DNA of 64,000 bases, taken from NCBI GenBank assembly GCA_964557535.1, contig CAZLAD010000003.1, positions 89,671 through 153,670 on the forward strand, in the 5' to 3' direction. The position numbers were made by a program, and so were the translations under genes. Source of the stretch: an uncultured Candidatus Saccharibacteria bacterium (GTDB lineage Bacteria > Patescibacteriota > Minisyncoccia > Phycocordibacterales > CSBR16-119). Below, one piece after another: positions 20,997-29,639 of this stretch (position 1 is its first letter; every line of letters starts with the position of its first letter). The notes below the pieces were generated by a model. That model was not told where the DNA came from and did not search any database. It worked only from the letters and a program-made list of their open reading frames with translations.

Positions 20997-21674
20997 ATGG
21001 CCGTATCAAAAGAGATTGAAATCAAAAGCCTTTTAGGTGACGAAAATAACGCAAATATTTTTAGAGAAAAGTTATTGGTCAAATATCCAGATGCCAAAGT
21101 TTTGCCAAAAACTTCTCAACTAAATCATTATTTCATTGAAGGTGATTTTGAAGCCCTGAGAAATAAAATTTCTTCTAAATTAAACACCGATCAGATAAAC
21201 GAACTCGCCGAGATTATTGAAAAGGGGAAGACATTTTCTGTCAGAACTCGCGAAACAGATGGCAAGGTCATGCTTGTTTTGAAGGCGTCTTTGGGTGAAG
21301 ACACTTCGCACAACGGAGTTTCTCGTATGGAATTCGAAGAAGTCGTTCCGATGACTTTGAATGAACTCGACGAGCTTTTGCTTTCTTGTGGTTTCAAATA
21401 TCAGGCCAAGTGGTCTCGCGAGCGTGTTGAATACGTTTTACCAAATATGAATGTAACGCTTGATAAAAATGCCGGTTACGGATACTTAACAGAATTTGAA
21501 TCTGTAATTTCTGAAGACGAAGACATTGAACTCACCAAAAAGAAACTTTTAGAAGAAATGAATTCTTTTGGTTTGACAGAACTTCCACAAGCGCGAATCG
21601 AGAGAATGTTTGCTTATTACAACGAGCATTGGCCGGACTATTATGGTACGGACAAGGTTTTTAATATAGAATAA
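20997..21674 (+). CDS. CYTH/triphosphate tunnel metalloenzyme family protein
   Basis: N-terminal EIEIK motif; VRTR; RMEFE; KWSRER; TEFE. Confidence 0.75.
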   Translation: MAVSKEIEIKSLLGDENNANIFREKLLVKYPDAKVLPKTSQLNHYFIEGDFEALRNKISSKLNTDQINELAEIIEKGKTFSVRTRETDGKVMLVLKASLGEDTSHNGVSRMEFEEVVPMTLNELDELLLSCGFKYQAKWSRERVEYVLPNMNVTLDKNAGYGYLTEFESVISEDEDIELTKKKLLEEMNSFGLTELPQARIERMFAYYNEHWPDYYGTDKVFNIE

Positions 21675-21679
21675 TTTTT

Positions 21680-22261
21680 ATGTTTTTATCTGACGTTGAT
21701 ATCAAAAAGAAGTTGAAGACTGGTGAAATCGTCATCAAGCCTTTTTCTGAAAAAAAATTACAATTGGCTAGTTATGATGTGACCCTCGACAATGAATTCA
21801 AGGTTGTCGACAGGCATAGCACGATAGTCGTCGATCCGGCCAAGAAAATTTTCCCAAAGACGAAGACGACGATTATCAAAGACGGCGAGGCCTTCGTCCT
21901 GCACCCAGGCGAAACAGTTCTCGGCAAACAGCGAGAATTTATTGGCGTTGATCACAAACATCTAATTCTTTTGTCTGGCAAAAGTTCTTTGGCACGCGTG
22001 GGTATTGCAGTTCACACAACCGCCATGCTTTTCAATCCGGGACATCATTTTTACCCGACTTTCGAGCTCCTAAATACTAGCAATGTTCCCGTAATCTTGC
22101 GTCCTGGAATGGAAATTGCACAGATAATCTTTGCCGAACTCGCAAGCGAATCAGGCAAGACTTACGAGGGAGTTCTCGGCGTCGGTCGTTTTGATAGTCA
22201 AAATTCCGACCATTTCCGAACCAAGAAAAAAGTCGCAAAAAAATCTAAAAATAAAAAATAA
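21680..22261 (+). CDS. dcd: dCTP deaminase
   Basis: LSDVDI..QLASYDVTL..GKSSLARVGI..PGMEIAQI. Confidence 0.9.
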   Translation: MFLSDVDIKKKLKTGEIVIKPFSEKKLQLASYDVTLDNEFKVVDRHSTIVVDPAKKIFPKTKTTIIKDGEAFVLHPGETVLGKQREFIGVDHKHLILLSGKSSLARVGIAVHTTAMLFNPGHHFYPTFELLNTSNVPVILRPGMEIAQIIFAELASESGKTYEGVLGVGRFDSQNSDHFRTKKKVAKKSKNKK

Positions 22262-22262
22262 T

Positions 22263-23252
22263 ATGGAAAAAAGACATCCGGAGTACCAATATCTAGACTT
22301 GCTCAAAGAAATCATGGCCGATGGTTTTGAAAAGCAGGTATTTGGTCACGAAAAATCAGTCAAATCAGTTTTTGGCCGGATGATGAGATATGATTTGTCA
22401 AAAGAGTTTCCGCTCCTGACGACCAAGAAAGTTTTTTGGAAAGGAATCGTCCATGAGCTTCTGTGGTTTCTTCGCGGAGATACGAACATAAAAGATTTGG
22501 CCGATAAGGGTGTCCATATCTGGGATGATTGGCCTTACAAAGATTACAAGGTTGCAATAGATAAGGGCGAAGTACCAAATCTAACACAAGACGAATTTAT
22601 AGAAAAAATCAAAAACGAACCAGCCGATAGTGAATTTGTTAAAAAGTGGGGTGAACTCGGTCCTGTTTATGGGCGTCAGTGGCGTAAATGGCCGGCTGCA
22701 GACGGGAGAATAATTGATCAACTTTATTGGGCAATCGAAAAGACCAAGAAATATCCAGACAGAAAACACGTCGTTGTCTCTGCTTGGAATCCCGAGTATG
22801 TCTATGAAATGGCGCTACCAGGCACCTCGATGGCTATTCCTCCATGTCACACACTTTTTAATATAAATGTTACGAATGGCAGACTTTCTCTCGCGCTTTA
22901 TCAGCGTTCGGCGGACATGTTTTTGGGCGTGCCGTTTAACATTGCTTCTTATTCGCTTTTGACTTTGATTTTGGCCCAAGTCTGCGGATACGAGCCAGGC
23001 GAGTTTGTGCATTTTCTGGGAGACACTCACATATACAGCGATCATTATGATGCCGTGCGCGAGCAATTGGAGCGCGAACCAAAACCTTTTCCAAAAGTTA
23101 AAATAAATCCCGACAAGAAAAACATCGACGATTTTGTTTTTGAAGATTTCGAACTAGTTGACTACGATTCTCATGGAACGATAAAGGCAGATATCACGGC
23201 GGTGGGTGGGTTCGACGAAAAGGATAGAGATAAATTTACAAAGAAGTCTTAA
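22263..23252 (+). CDS. thyA: Thymidylate synthase
   Basis: FPLLTTK, ELLWFLRG, LGPVYGRQWR, PPCH, YQRSAD..GVPFN; ATG at 22263. Confidence 0.98.
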   Translation: MEKRHPEYQYLDLLKEIMADGFEKQVFGHEKSVKSVFGRMMRYDLSKEFPLLTTKKVFWKGIVHELLWFLRGDTNIKDLADKGVHIWDDWPYKDYKVAIDKGEVPNLTQDEFIEKIKNEPADSEFVKKWGELGPVYGRQWRKWPAADGRIIDQLYWAIEKTKKYPDRKHVVVSAWNPEYVYEMALPGTSMAIPPCHTLFNINVTNGRLSLALYQRSADMFLGVPFNIASYSLLTLILAQVCGYEPGEFVHFLGDTHIYSDHYDAVREQLEREPKPFPKVKINPDKKNIDDFVFEDFELVDYDSHGTIKADITAVGGFDEKDRDKFTKKS

Positions 23253-23283
23253 TTGACAATTTGTTGTGTGCGGGTGTAAGCTC

Positions 23284-23595
23284 ATGAAAACTCCAACCAC
23301 CATGGACACACTGGAAGTAGTTCGTTTGAGAAAACCGGTTGGGGTGCCGATTCAAAAATCTACAGGCAAACCACCCTTTCCACCATTAGACGATGATGAA
23401 CCAGACGACGACGATGATGACAAAGGACGTATCTGGGACGGTCTCAGTGTCATTGTCGTGTTGATTGTTCTTGTTTCGTCTCTCTTGTGGCTGACTCGTC
23501 GTTGGTTGATTTCTGATCACCTCTGGCGCCACAAGGCACAAGAAGTAGCCTCGGCTCGCTTTGGTTATCATCAGCCACTTGGCTCAATGCTCTAG
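23284..23595 (+). CDS. Orphan single-pass membrane protein with acidic tract
   Basis: DDDEPDDDDDD followed by a TM helix; terminator at 23603-23621. Confidence 0.5.
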   Translation: MKTPTTMDTLEVVRLRKPVGVPIQKSTGKPPFPPLDDDEPDDDDDDKGRIWDGLSVIVVLIVLVSSLLWLTRRWLISDHLWRHKAQEVASARFGYHQPLGSML

Positions 23596-23649
23596 GTGAG
23601 ATGCCCCGTTCGCGGGGCTTTCACGTTTATGCTAGAATTGCGCCAGCTC

Positions 23650-23729
23650 TCCCGCGAGTGTAGCGGTCGCTTCCGGGATAATTGCTTATGTCTTTTATTA
23701 TTAAAGACCGCGACATATCACTAACGGGA
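23650..23729 (+). repeat. Family A element, degenerate copy A2 (glyA)
   Basis: TCCCGCGAGTG..CACTAACGGGA ending in the glyA ATG; inner GCGGTC/GACCGC as in A1. Confidence 0.65.
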
Positions 23730-25063
23730 TGAAAAAATCCTACATAGAAAATCAGGACAAAGAAATCTACCGAGCTATCAAAGGCGAAGAGAAGCGCGAG
23801 GCCGAGGGACTCGAGCTTATTCCATCTGAAAATTATGTCTCACAAGCCGTGCTTGAGGCAAACGGTTCGGTGTTTACCAACAAATATTCCGAGGGCTATC
23901 CAAGCAAGCGTTATTATGGCGGTCAAGATTTTACTGATGTTGTCGAAAATTTAGCTATCAAACGGGCGTGTAAACTTTTCAAATGCAAATTTGCCAATGT
24001 CCAACCGCTTTCTGGTGCGCCAGCAAACATGGCCGTGTACGCGGCACTTCTTGAACCAGGCGACACGGTGCTTGGGATGGATCTTTCTCATGGCGGACAT
24101 TTGACCCATGGACATCCGGTAACTTTCCCAGCCAAAGTTTTCAAATTTGTTCGCTATAAAATGAAAAACATCGAGACGGGCGAAATTGATTATGCTGAAC
24201 TGCGCAAAGTTGCTCTTACCGAAAAACCAAAAATAATTCTCGCTGGATTTTCGGCATATCCGCGAAATCTAGACTACAAGAAATTCGTTTCGATTGCGCG
24301 CGAAGTTGGCGCTATCACTGTTGCGGACATGGCGCACATTGCTGGGCTTATTGCAGGAGGCGCCCTCGCGAACCCTTTTGACGCTGGATTTGACGTCATC
24401 ACTACCACGACTCACAAGACTCTACGCGGTCCGCGCGGTGGCATGATTCTCGTTCGTGATAGCGAGGAAATAATTGCGAAAATTAACAAAGCTGTTTTTC
24501 CAGGACTTCAGGGAGGGCCTCATATGAACGTCATCTCGGCCAAAGCCGTGGCATTTGGTGAAGCGCTGAAGCCGTCGTTTAAAAAATATGCCAAGCAAGT
24601 TTTGAAAAATGCCAAGGCGATGGAAAAAGTTTTCAAACGCGAAAAGATCCGCATGATTGGCGGGGGGACTGACAATCATTTGATTCTTGCTGACGTTTTT
24701 GGCTCCCTCGGCGTCACAGGTAAAGAAGCCCAGACCGTGCTCGATGAAGTTGGTATAACTTTGAATATGAATGCAATTGCCGATGATACGCGAAAGCCAC
24801 TCGACCCTTCGGGTATCAGATTCGGAACCCCAGCTATTACAACTCGTGGATTCAAGGAAAAAGATTGTGCACGTGTTGCCGAAATTATGATTGAAGTTTT
24901 ACGCGATTTTGCTTATAAAAAGATAAACCCCCACACCAAGTTTTCACATGCGCAAAAAAAATCTTTGAAGGGTAATCAAAAACTTGGTGTAGGGGTAAAA
25001 GAAAAAGCTAAAAAAGAAATCCAAAAAATGGCCAAAAAATTCCCAATTCCAAAAAAGTTCTAA
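23729..25063 (+). CDS. glyA: Serine hydroxymethyltransferase (24-aa palindrome-derived insertion near C-terminus)
   Basis: LELIPSEN, NKYSEGYP, GGHLTHG, TTTHKTLRGPRGG, SGIRFGTPA. Confidence 0.99.
   Translation: MKKSYIENQDKEIYRAIKGEEKREAEGLELIPSENYVSQAVLEANGSVFTNKYSEGYPSKRYYGGQDFTDVVENLAIKRACKLFKCKFANVQPLSGAPANMAVYAALLEPGDTVLGMDLSHGGHLTHGHPVTFPAKVFKFVRYKMKNIETGEIDYAELRKVALTEKPKIILAGFSAYPRNLDYKKFVSIAREVGAITVADMAHIAGLIAGGALANPFDAGFDVITTTTHKTLRGPRGGMILVRDSEEIIAKINKAVFPGLQGGPHMNVISAKAVAFGEALKPSFKKYAKQVLKNAKAMEKVFKREKIRMIGGGTDNHLILADVFGSLGVTGKEAQTVLDEVGITLNMNAIADDTRKPLDPSGIRFGTPAITTRGFKEKDCARVAEIMIEVLRDFAYKKINPHTKFSHAQKKSLKGNQKLGVGVKEKAKKEIQKMAKKFPIPKKF
24928..24995. repeat. Family B element, in-frame copy B3 inside glyA
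   Basis: CCCCCACACCAAGTTTT..AAAACTTGGTGTAGGGG flanked by TAAA twice; 68+4=72 nt. Confidence 0.85.
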
Positions 25064-25139
25064 ACTTTTGACAAAAGTCTAGATAAGAGTAAACTCGTCT
25101 TTGTAACAGTTCACAAAAACCCCTCAAAACTCAACAACC

Positions 25140-26087
25140 ATGGAGCATCTTCCTGAAATCGATCCTTTGTTCGAGGAGCACATCCTCTGTGTTCTTGAAG
25201 CCGAAAGTTGGCTGAGAAAGAACATCTCTCCTGTTCCGGAAGTGGCCGTCATTCTAGGCTCTGCTGGTCCGAAAGCTCTGAAGAATTATTTCTACACAGG
25301 TGACCAGTTCGATCCACGTAGTTGGATTGATCATCCTTTTCCAAGGGGCGTACCGAAGCCAAAAGCAAAAGGACACGAAGCCAAAATGCGGGTCGGCGAG
25401 ATCAATGGTACTCGCGTGCTGTTGGTGATGGGTCGGGTTCATTTCTACGAGTGGCCCACAAATCCATATCGGTACACTACGCTGGTTCGTGCGCTTGGTC
25501 GTTTCGGCATCAAAAACCTCGTTTTGGTTAATGCTGCCGGTGCACTCAATTCTTCCTACGCGCCCGGAGATGTGTGTATCGTATCCGACGTTGATCCGAG
25601 CTACATGGGACACACCCCACTTGGCGGTGACAAGGACCAGATGGAGGAGTATTTCGGAGCACAATTCACTCCGCTCAATCCTGGTCTTGACCGCAAGTTC
25701 CAAGAGCTCGCGGCCGGCATAACTTACTCTGGTGGGGCGCTACATACCAACGCTACATACGCGGCGACCGCTGGCGGGTATTACGAGTCTGCGTTGCAGG
25801 CTCGGAATTTGCCGGAATCCATTGGTTTGGCTGGAATGTCTTCTATTGGGGAGTTCATGGTCGCACACCAGCTTGACATGAGAGTGGCGATGCTTTCTGT
25901 GGTGACCAATATGGTCGAGAAGCAAATCATCGATCCAAACAAAGCGGTTGATCATGAGAGCGTGGTCAGTGAGGCGGAAAAGGTCGACAACGTTTTTGCG
26001 GAATACCTTGCAGAACTTGTCGCGCTCATTGGCAAGGAGGTGCAAAAAGAAGCGCGGTTACTCGAAGAGGTTCGGGGGGTTGAATGA
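25140..26087 (+). CDS. Purine nucleoside phosphorylase family protein (divergent)
   Basis: VILGS, GH, GRVHFYE, NAAGAL, YES, GMS, VTN, HE motifs. Confidence 0.85.
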   Translation: MEHLPEIDPLFEEHILCVLEAESWLRKNISPVPEVAVILGSAGPKALKNYFYTGDQFDPRSWIDHPFPRGVPKPKAKGHEAKMRVGEINGTRVLLVMGRVHFYEWPTNPYRYTTLVRALGRFGIKNLVLVNAAGALNSSYAPGDVCIVSDVDPSYMGHTPLGGDKDQMEEYFGAQFTPLNPGLDRKFQELAAGITYSGGALHTNATYAATAGGYYESALQARNLPESIGLAGMSSIGEFMVAHQLDMRVAMLSVVTNMVEKQIIDPNKAVDHESVVSEAEKVDNVFAEYLAELVALIGKEVQKEARLLEEVRGVE

Positions 26088-26182
26088 TGAAAGCGTTGCT
26101 TTCAGGCGACGCGAAAAGGGGGCTTCGGCCCCCTTTTCCTTTTTGTGTTAAAATAGTCTTATTAGAATTTAAAACAGATATT

Positions 26183-26551
26183 ATGGAAAATGTATATTTC
26201 TTGGGCAGGCTTATTTTGGGAGCATACTTTCTGTACAATGCTTACAATCATTTTGCCAACATTGAGGCTTTGACTGGTTATGCTGGCTCGAAAAAAGTTC
26301 CTCATCCAAAAATCGCTGTGGCGGTGACGGGAGCAATGCTTTTTGTCGGTGGTGTAGCAATTTTGACGGGCATGAGTATGGTACTCGGAGCTTGGATTTT
26401 GGTGGCATTTCTCGTTGTTACAAGTTTCATGATGCATGCTTATTGGAAACTTCCGGATACAATGGCTCTGAAAATGTCAGAAAAAATAAATTTTACTAAA
26501 AACATGGCTCTCGTTGGGGCATTGTTGATGATCATCGCGCTTGCGTCATAG
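26183..26551 (+). CDS. DoxX family membrane protein
   Basis: GRLILG..HAYW..NFTKNMALVGALL. Confidence 0.85.
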   Translation: MENVYFLGRLILGAYFLYNAYNHFANIEALTGYAGSKKVPHPKIAVAVTGAMLFVGGVAILTGMSMVLGAWILVAFLVVTSFMMHAYWKLPDTMALKMSEKINFTKNMALVGALLMIIALAS

Positions 26552-26552
26552 T

Positions 26553-26653
26553 AGCGCTTCGCAGAATACAATTCACGTAGAAAATCCGCCTTTATTGGGC
26601 GGATTTTCTACTGCGGGACGTCCTTAGATTTTTAAATTGTATTCTGCTACGCT
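26553..26653. repeat. Hairpin element with family C-type closing motif, also containing a terminator-like hairpin
   Basis: AGCG-CTTC-GCAGAATACAATT..AATTGTATTCTGC-TA-CGCT around gtagaaaatccgcc/ggcggattttctac. Confidence 0.6.
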
Positions 26654-26661
26654 CGAAAATT

Positions 26662-27348
26662 TTACTTCGTTACTACTTTGAAGGCTAGTGTAAATTCATC
26701 GTTTATGACATTGTCACCCAAGTCTTGGAAAAATTTAGTTGATCCAAATCTGACGTCATAAACAGTGCGATCGATTGTGGTGGTACCTTCGATTGTGACT
26801 TTGTCGCCCGTGGTTATGACTTCTACAGGAAATGTTATCGCCTGAGTTGTTTCTTTTATTGTGAGGTCGCCAGTTAGCATATATGTGTCTCCGGCCTCGT
26901 GTGATACTGAAGTTATGACGAATTTTGATTCCGGATATTTTGTCGCACCGAAGAAATCATCGGATTTTAGGTGATCACTTAGTCTGTCTTGTCCACCACC
27001 AGCGCCAGTAGAAGTTGCTTTGATTGTACTCATATCAAACACCACCATTCCTCCGACGAGTTTGCCGTTATCGAACAAAGCGTTTCCTGATTTTATTTTG
27101 ATGGTGCCTTTATCAATCCAAGTTTTGATAATTTTCTTTGAGCCAGTCCAATCAGCTTCACTTGCCTGTGTATCGAAATCTCTCGAGCCATCAATGCTTT
27201 TGTCTCGAGTACTTGCGTCGCTTAATTGTGTGTCATACGATTGGTCTTGTAATACTTCTGTTGTCGGAGCCATGGTTGGTTTTCGAAGAATTAAAAATCC
27301 GACTACAACGATTGCGACCAAGATGATAAAAATTGTAAATCCTTTCAT
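26662..27348 (-). CDS. YceI family protein
   Basis: LSDHLKSDDFF..KYP..GDLTIK..IDRT.YDV. Confidence 0.9.
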   Translation of the reverse strand: MKGFTIFIILVAIVVVGFLILRKPTMAPTTEVLQDQSYDTQLSDASTRDKSIDGSRDFDTQASEADWTGSKKIIKTWIDKGTIKIKSGNALFDNGKLVGGMVVFDMSTIKATSTGAGGGQDRLSDHLKSDDFFGATKYPESKFVITSVSHEAGDTYMLTGDLTIKETTQAITFPVEVITTGDKVTIEGTTTIDRTVYDVRFGSTKFFQDLGDNVINDEFTLAFKVVTK

Positions 27349-27476
27349 GAAATTTATTTATTTAAACTTGTAATGGGGTTATTTTAGCATATTCTAAAAT
27401 CATTGAAATTCCTTCATAAATTGAACTCCTACGGCCGTAATTTATAGGCAAATTCAATGTATGCTAAAATCGGGGT

Positions 27477-29162
27477 GTGGAAATAAAGGAAATTATCAGG
27501 GGCCTTATAAAAGAGGCACTAGAGAAATTAAATATAAGCGTTGACGGTGTTGGGATAGACCATCCGGCGGAGGTTTCGCACGGTGATTATTCGACAAATG
27601 TCGCTTTTGCTTTGGCAAAAGCGACGAAGTCCAATCCGGTTGCACTTGCTGAAAGTATTGCTGTGGAAATTCCAAAGCATGAAATGGTTGCCAGTGTTAC
27701 GGTTGCGGCTGGTTTTATAAACTTTCACTTAGCGCCAAAATTTTTCCAATTGGAAATTGGAAAAATTTTGGCGCAAACTTATGAGTTCGGTCGTTCCAGT
27801 GTCCACGCTGGCAAACACATTCTCGTCGAACATTCCTCACCAAATCTTTTCAAACCATTTCATGTTGGCCATGTCATGAACAATGCAATAGGCGAGTCTG
27901 TTGCACGACTCGCCGAAGCTTCCGGCGCCAAGGTCACCAAAATGTCATATCCATCTGATGTGTCTCTTGGTATTGGCAAATCCGTCTGGGCGTTACTCGA
28001 GCATGGGGTAGCAGAACTTGAGTCTCTGCCAACGCTCGGTGAAAAATTGAAATTCTTGGGAAATTGCTATGTAGAGGGAACAAAAGCCTATGAAGAAAAT
28101 CCTAGTCTCATGCGCCGAGTTAAAGAGATCACCGAAATGATTTATGAAAAGACTCCTGGTGTCGAATATGATGCTTATCTATTGGGTAAAGATATAAGTC
28201 TCGGATATTTCCTCGATATCACCAAAAGACTCGGATCAGAATTTGATGACTTCATTTACGAATCAGAGGCGGGAGAAATTGGTAAAAAACTGGTTTTGGA
28301 AAATATTGGGAAAATTTTTGAAGAATCAGAAAGTGCCGTCGTTTACAAAGGTGAGAAAGACGGTCTGCATACGCGCGTATTTATCAATGCCGAAGGGTAT
28401 CCGACATATGAAGCCAAAGATATCGGACTTTTGTGGATGAAGTTCGAACGCAACAATCCAGATGTTTCGATATTGGTTACTGATAATCATCAGGCGTCAA
28501 CATTCGAAGTTGTTTTGAAGGCCTCTGAGGGTATCAATCCTGTTTGGTCAGAAAAAACTATTCACAAAACCCACGGTCGCATGAGCTTCAAAGGCAAGAA
28601 AATGTCGAGTCGACTTGGTGGGGTGCCAACAGCCGTAGAAGTTTTGGATACCGTACTTGAAGAAGTGGCTGAGCGCGCCAAGGAAGGCGCAGACGATGCT
28701 GACGCAGTTGCAATCGGCGCACTCAAATTTACAATCCTCCGTACCATGGCGGGCAAGGACATCAACTTTGATCCAGAAACATCGCTATCATTTGAAGGAG
28801 ACTCCGGACCGTACCTGCAATACACAAATGCGCGCATCAATTCTGTTTTAGAGAAAGCTTCTGCCGTCGGTCTTGTGCCAAAGTCTGAAAAAGAAATGGA
28901 AGATTTGCCAAACGATGTCGAGAAATTGGTTGCGAGATTTCCCGAAGTTGTTGAACTCGCTATCAGCGAATGGGCACCGCATCACATTACGACTTATCTT
29001 TTACAACTCGCGCGCGCGTTTAACTCTTGGTACGGTAATACGAAACTTATAGACGAGGAAAATAAAAACACGCCGTATAACTTGGCACTCGCCAAATCTG
29101 TCGGCATCGTCATCCAAAACGGCTTGCAACTTCTGGGTATAAAATCTCCAGAGCGAATGTAA
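27477..29162 (+). CDS. argS: Arginine--tRNA ligase
   Basis: GDYSTN, SSPNLFKPFHVGH, KMSSR, GPYLQY, PERM. Confidence 0.98.
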   Translation: MEIKEIIRGLIKEALEKLNISVDGVGIDHPAEVSHGDYSTNVAFALAKATKSNPVALAESIAVEIPKHEMVASVTVAAGFINFHLAPKFFQLEIGKILAQTYEFGRSSVHAGKHILVEHSSPNLFKPFHVGHVMNNAIGESVARLAEASGAKVTKMSYPSDVSLGIGKSVWALLEHGVAELESLPTLGEKLKFLGNCYVEGTKAYEENPSLMRRVKEITEMIYEKTPGVEYDAYLLGKDISLGYFLDITKRLGSEFDDFIYESEAGEIGKKLVLENIGKIFEESESAVVYKGEKDGLHTRVFINAEGYPTYEAKDIGLLWMKFERNNPDVSILVTDNHQASTFEVVLKASEGINPVWSEKTIHKTHGRMSFKGKKMSSRLGGVPTAVEVLDTVLEEVAERAKEGADDADAVAIGALKFTILRTMAGKDINFDPETSLSFEGDSGPYLQYTNARINSVLEKASAVGLVPKSEKEMEDLPNDVEKLVARFPEVVELAISEWAPHHITTYLLQLARAFNSWYGNTKLIDEENKNTPYNLALAKSVGIVIQNGLQLLGIKSPERM

Positions 29163-29163
29163 A

Positions 29164-29297
29164 CCCGCACACCAATATTTTTTATCGCTTTTTGTTGTGC
29201 TAAAAAGTTATCAAATCAAATCAGGCTTGGTAATAATTTACAATATTACTTGGTCTATTTTTGAAAAAGCACAATAATAAAAATATTGGTGTGTGGG
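29164..29297. repeat. Family B element, copy B2 at the argS stop codon
   Basis: CCCGCACACCAATATTTTT..AAAAATATTGGTGTGTGGG flanked by TAAA at 29160-63 and 29298-301. Confidence 0.85.
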
Positions 29298-29331
29298 TAA
29301 AAGCAGCGAAGACCGATCGTATGATCGGCCT

Positions 29332-29553
29332 TCATGCTCGTAGCATTTGACGTGCAACATGTCGCACGTCTTTCGTTGCTGGTCTTTTTCTGTACCTCTT
29401 CCAGAACATGTAGCAGAAGAGCAGCAGGTTCTTGCGAACATATCGCTTCTTTTGCCCAAGTCTCTTGAAGGTCATGCCGGTCAGGTGCAGGTCGATGATT
29501 TGTCGTATCTTACGACGAACCATCATCTTTTGGACGGTTCGTAGTAATTTCAC
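29332..29553 (-). CDS. Small, very basic orphan protein
   Basis: 73-aa Arg/Lys-rich ORF with A/C-rich leader and downstream hairpin. Confidence 0.35.
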   Translation of the reverse strand: MKLLRTVQKMMVRRKIRQIIDLHLTGMTFKRLGQKKRYVRKNLLLFCYMFWKRYRKRPATKDVRHVARQMLRA

Positions 29554-29639
29554 GTCAGTTGCGTTTGCTCACTTTATAACCCAAAATTTACAATTTTACA
29601 AACTTTTTCAAAGACCTTTTTTATGCTAAATTCAAGGGT

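Noticed and set aside
22131-22262. N-terminal extension of thyA
   Set aside because: Overlaps dcd; ATG 22263 is the plausible start
23640-23729. ZTP/THF riboswitch upstream of glyA
   Set aside because: Consensus motifs not recognised; better explained as a family A copy
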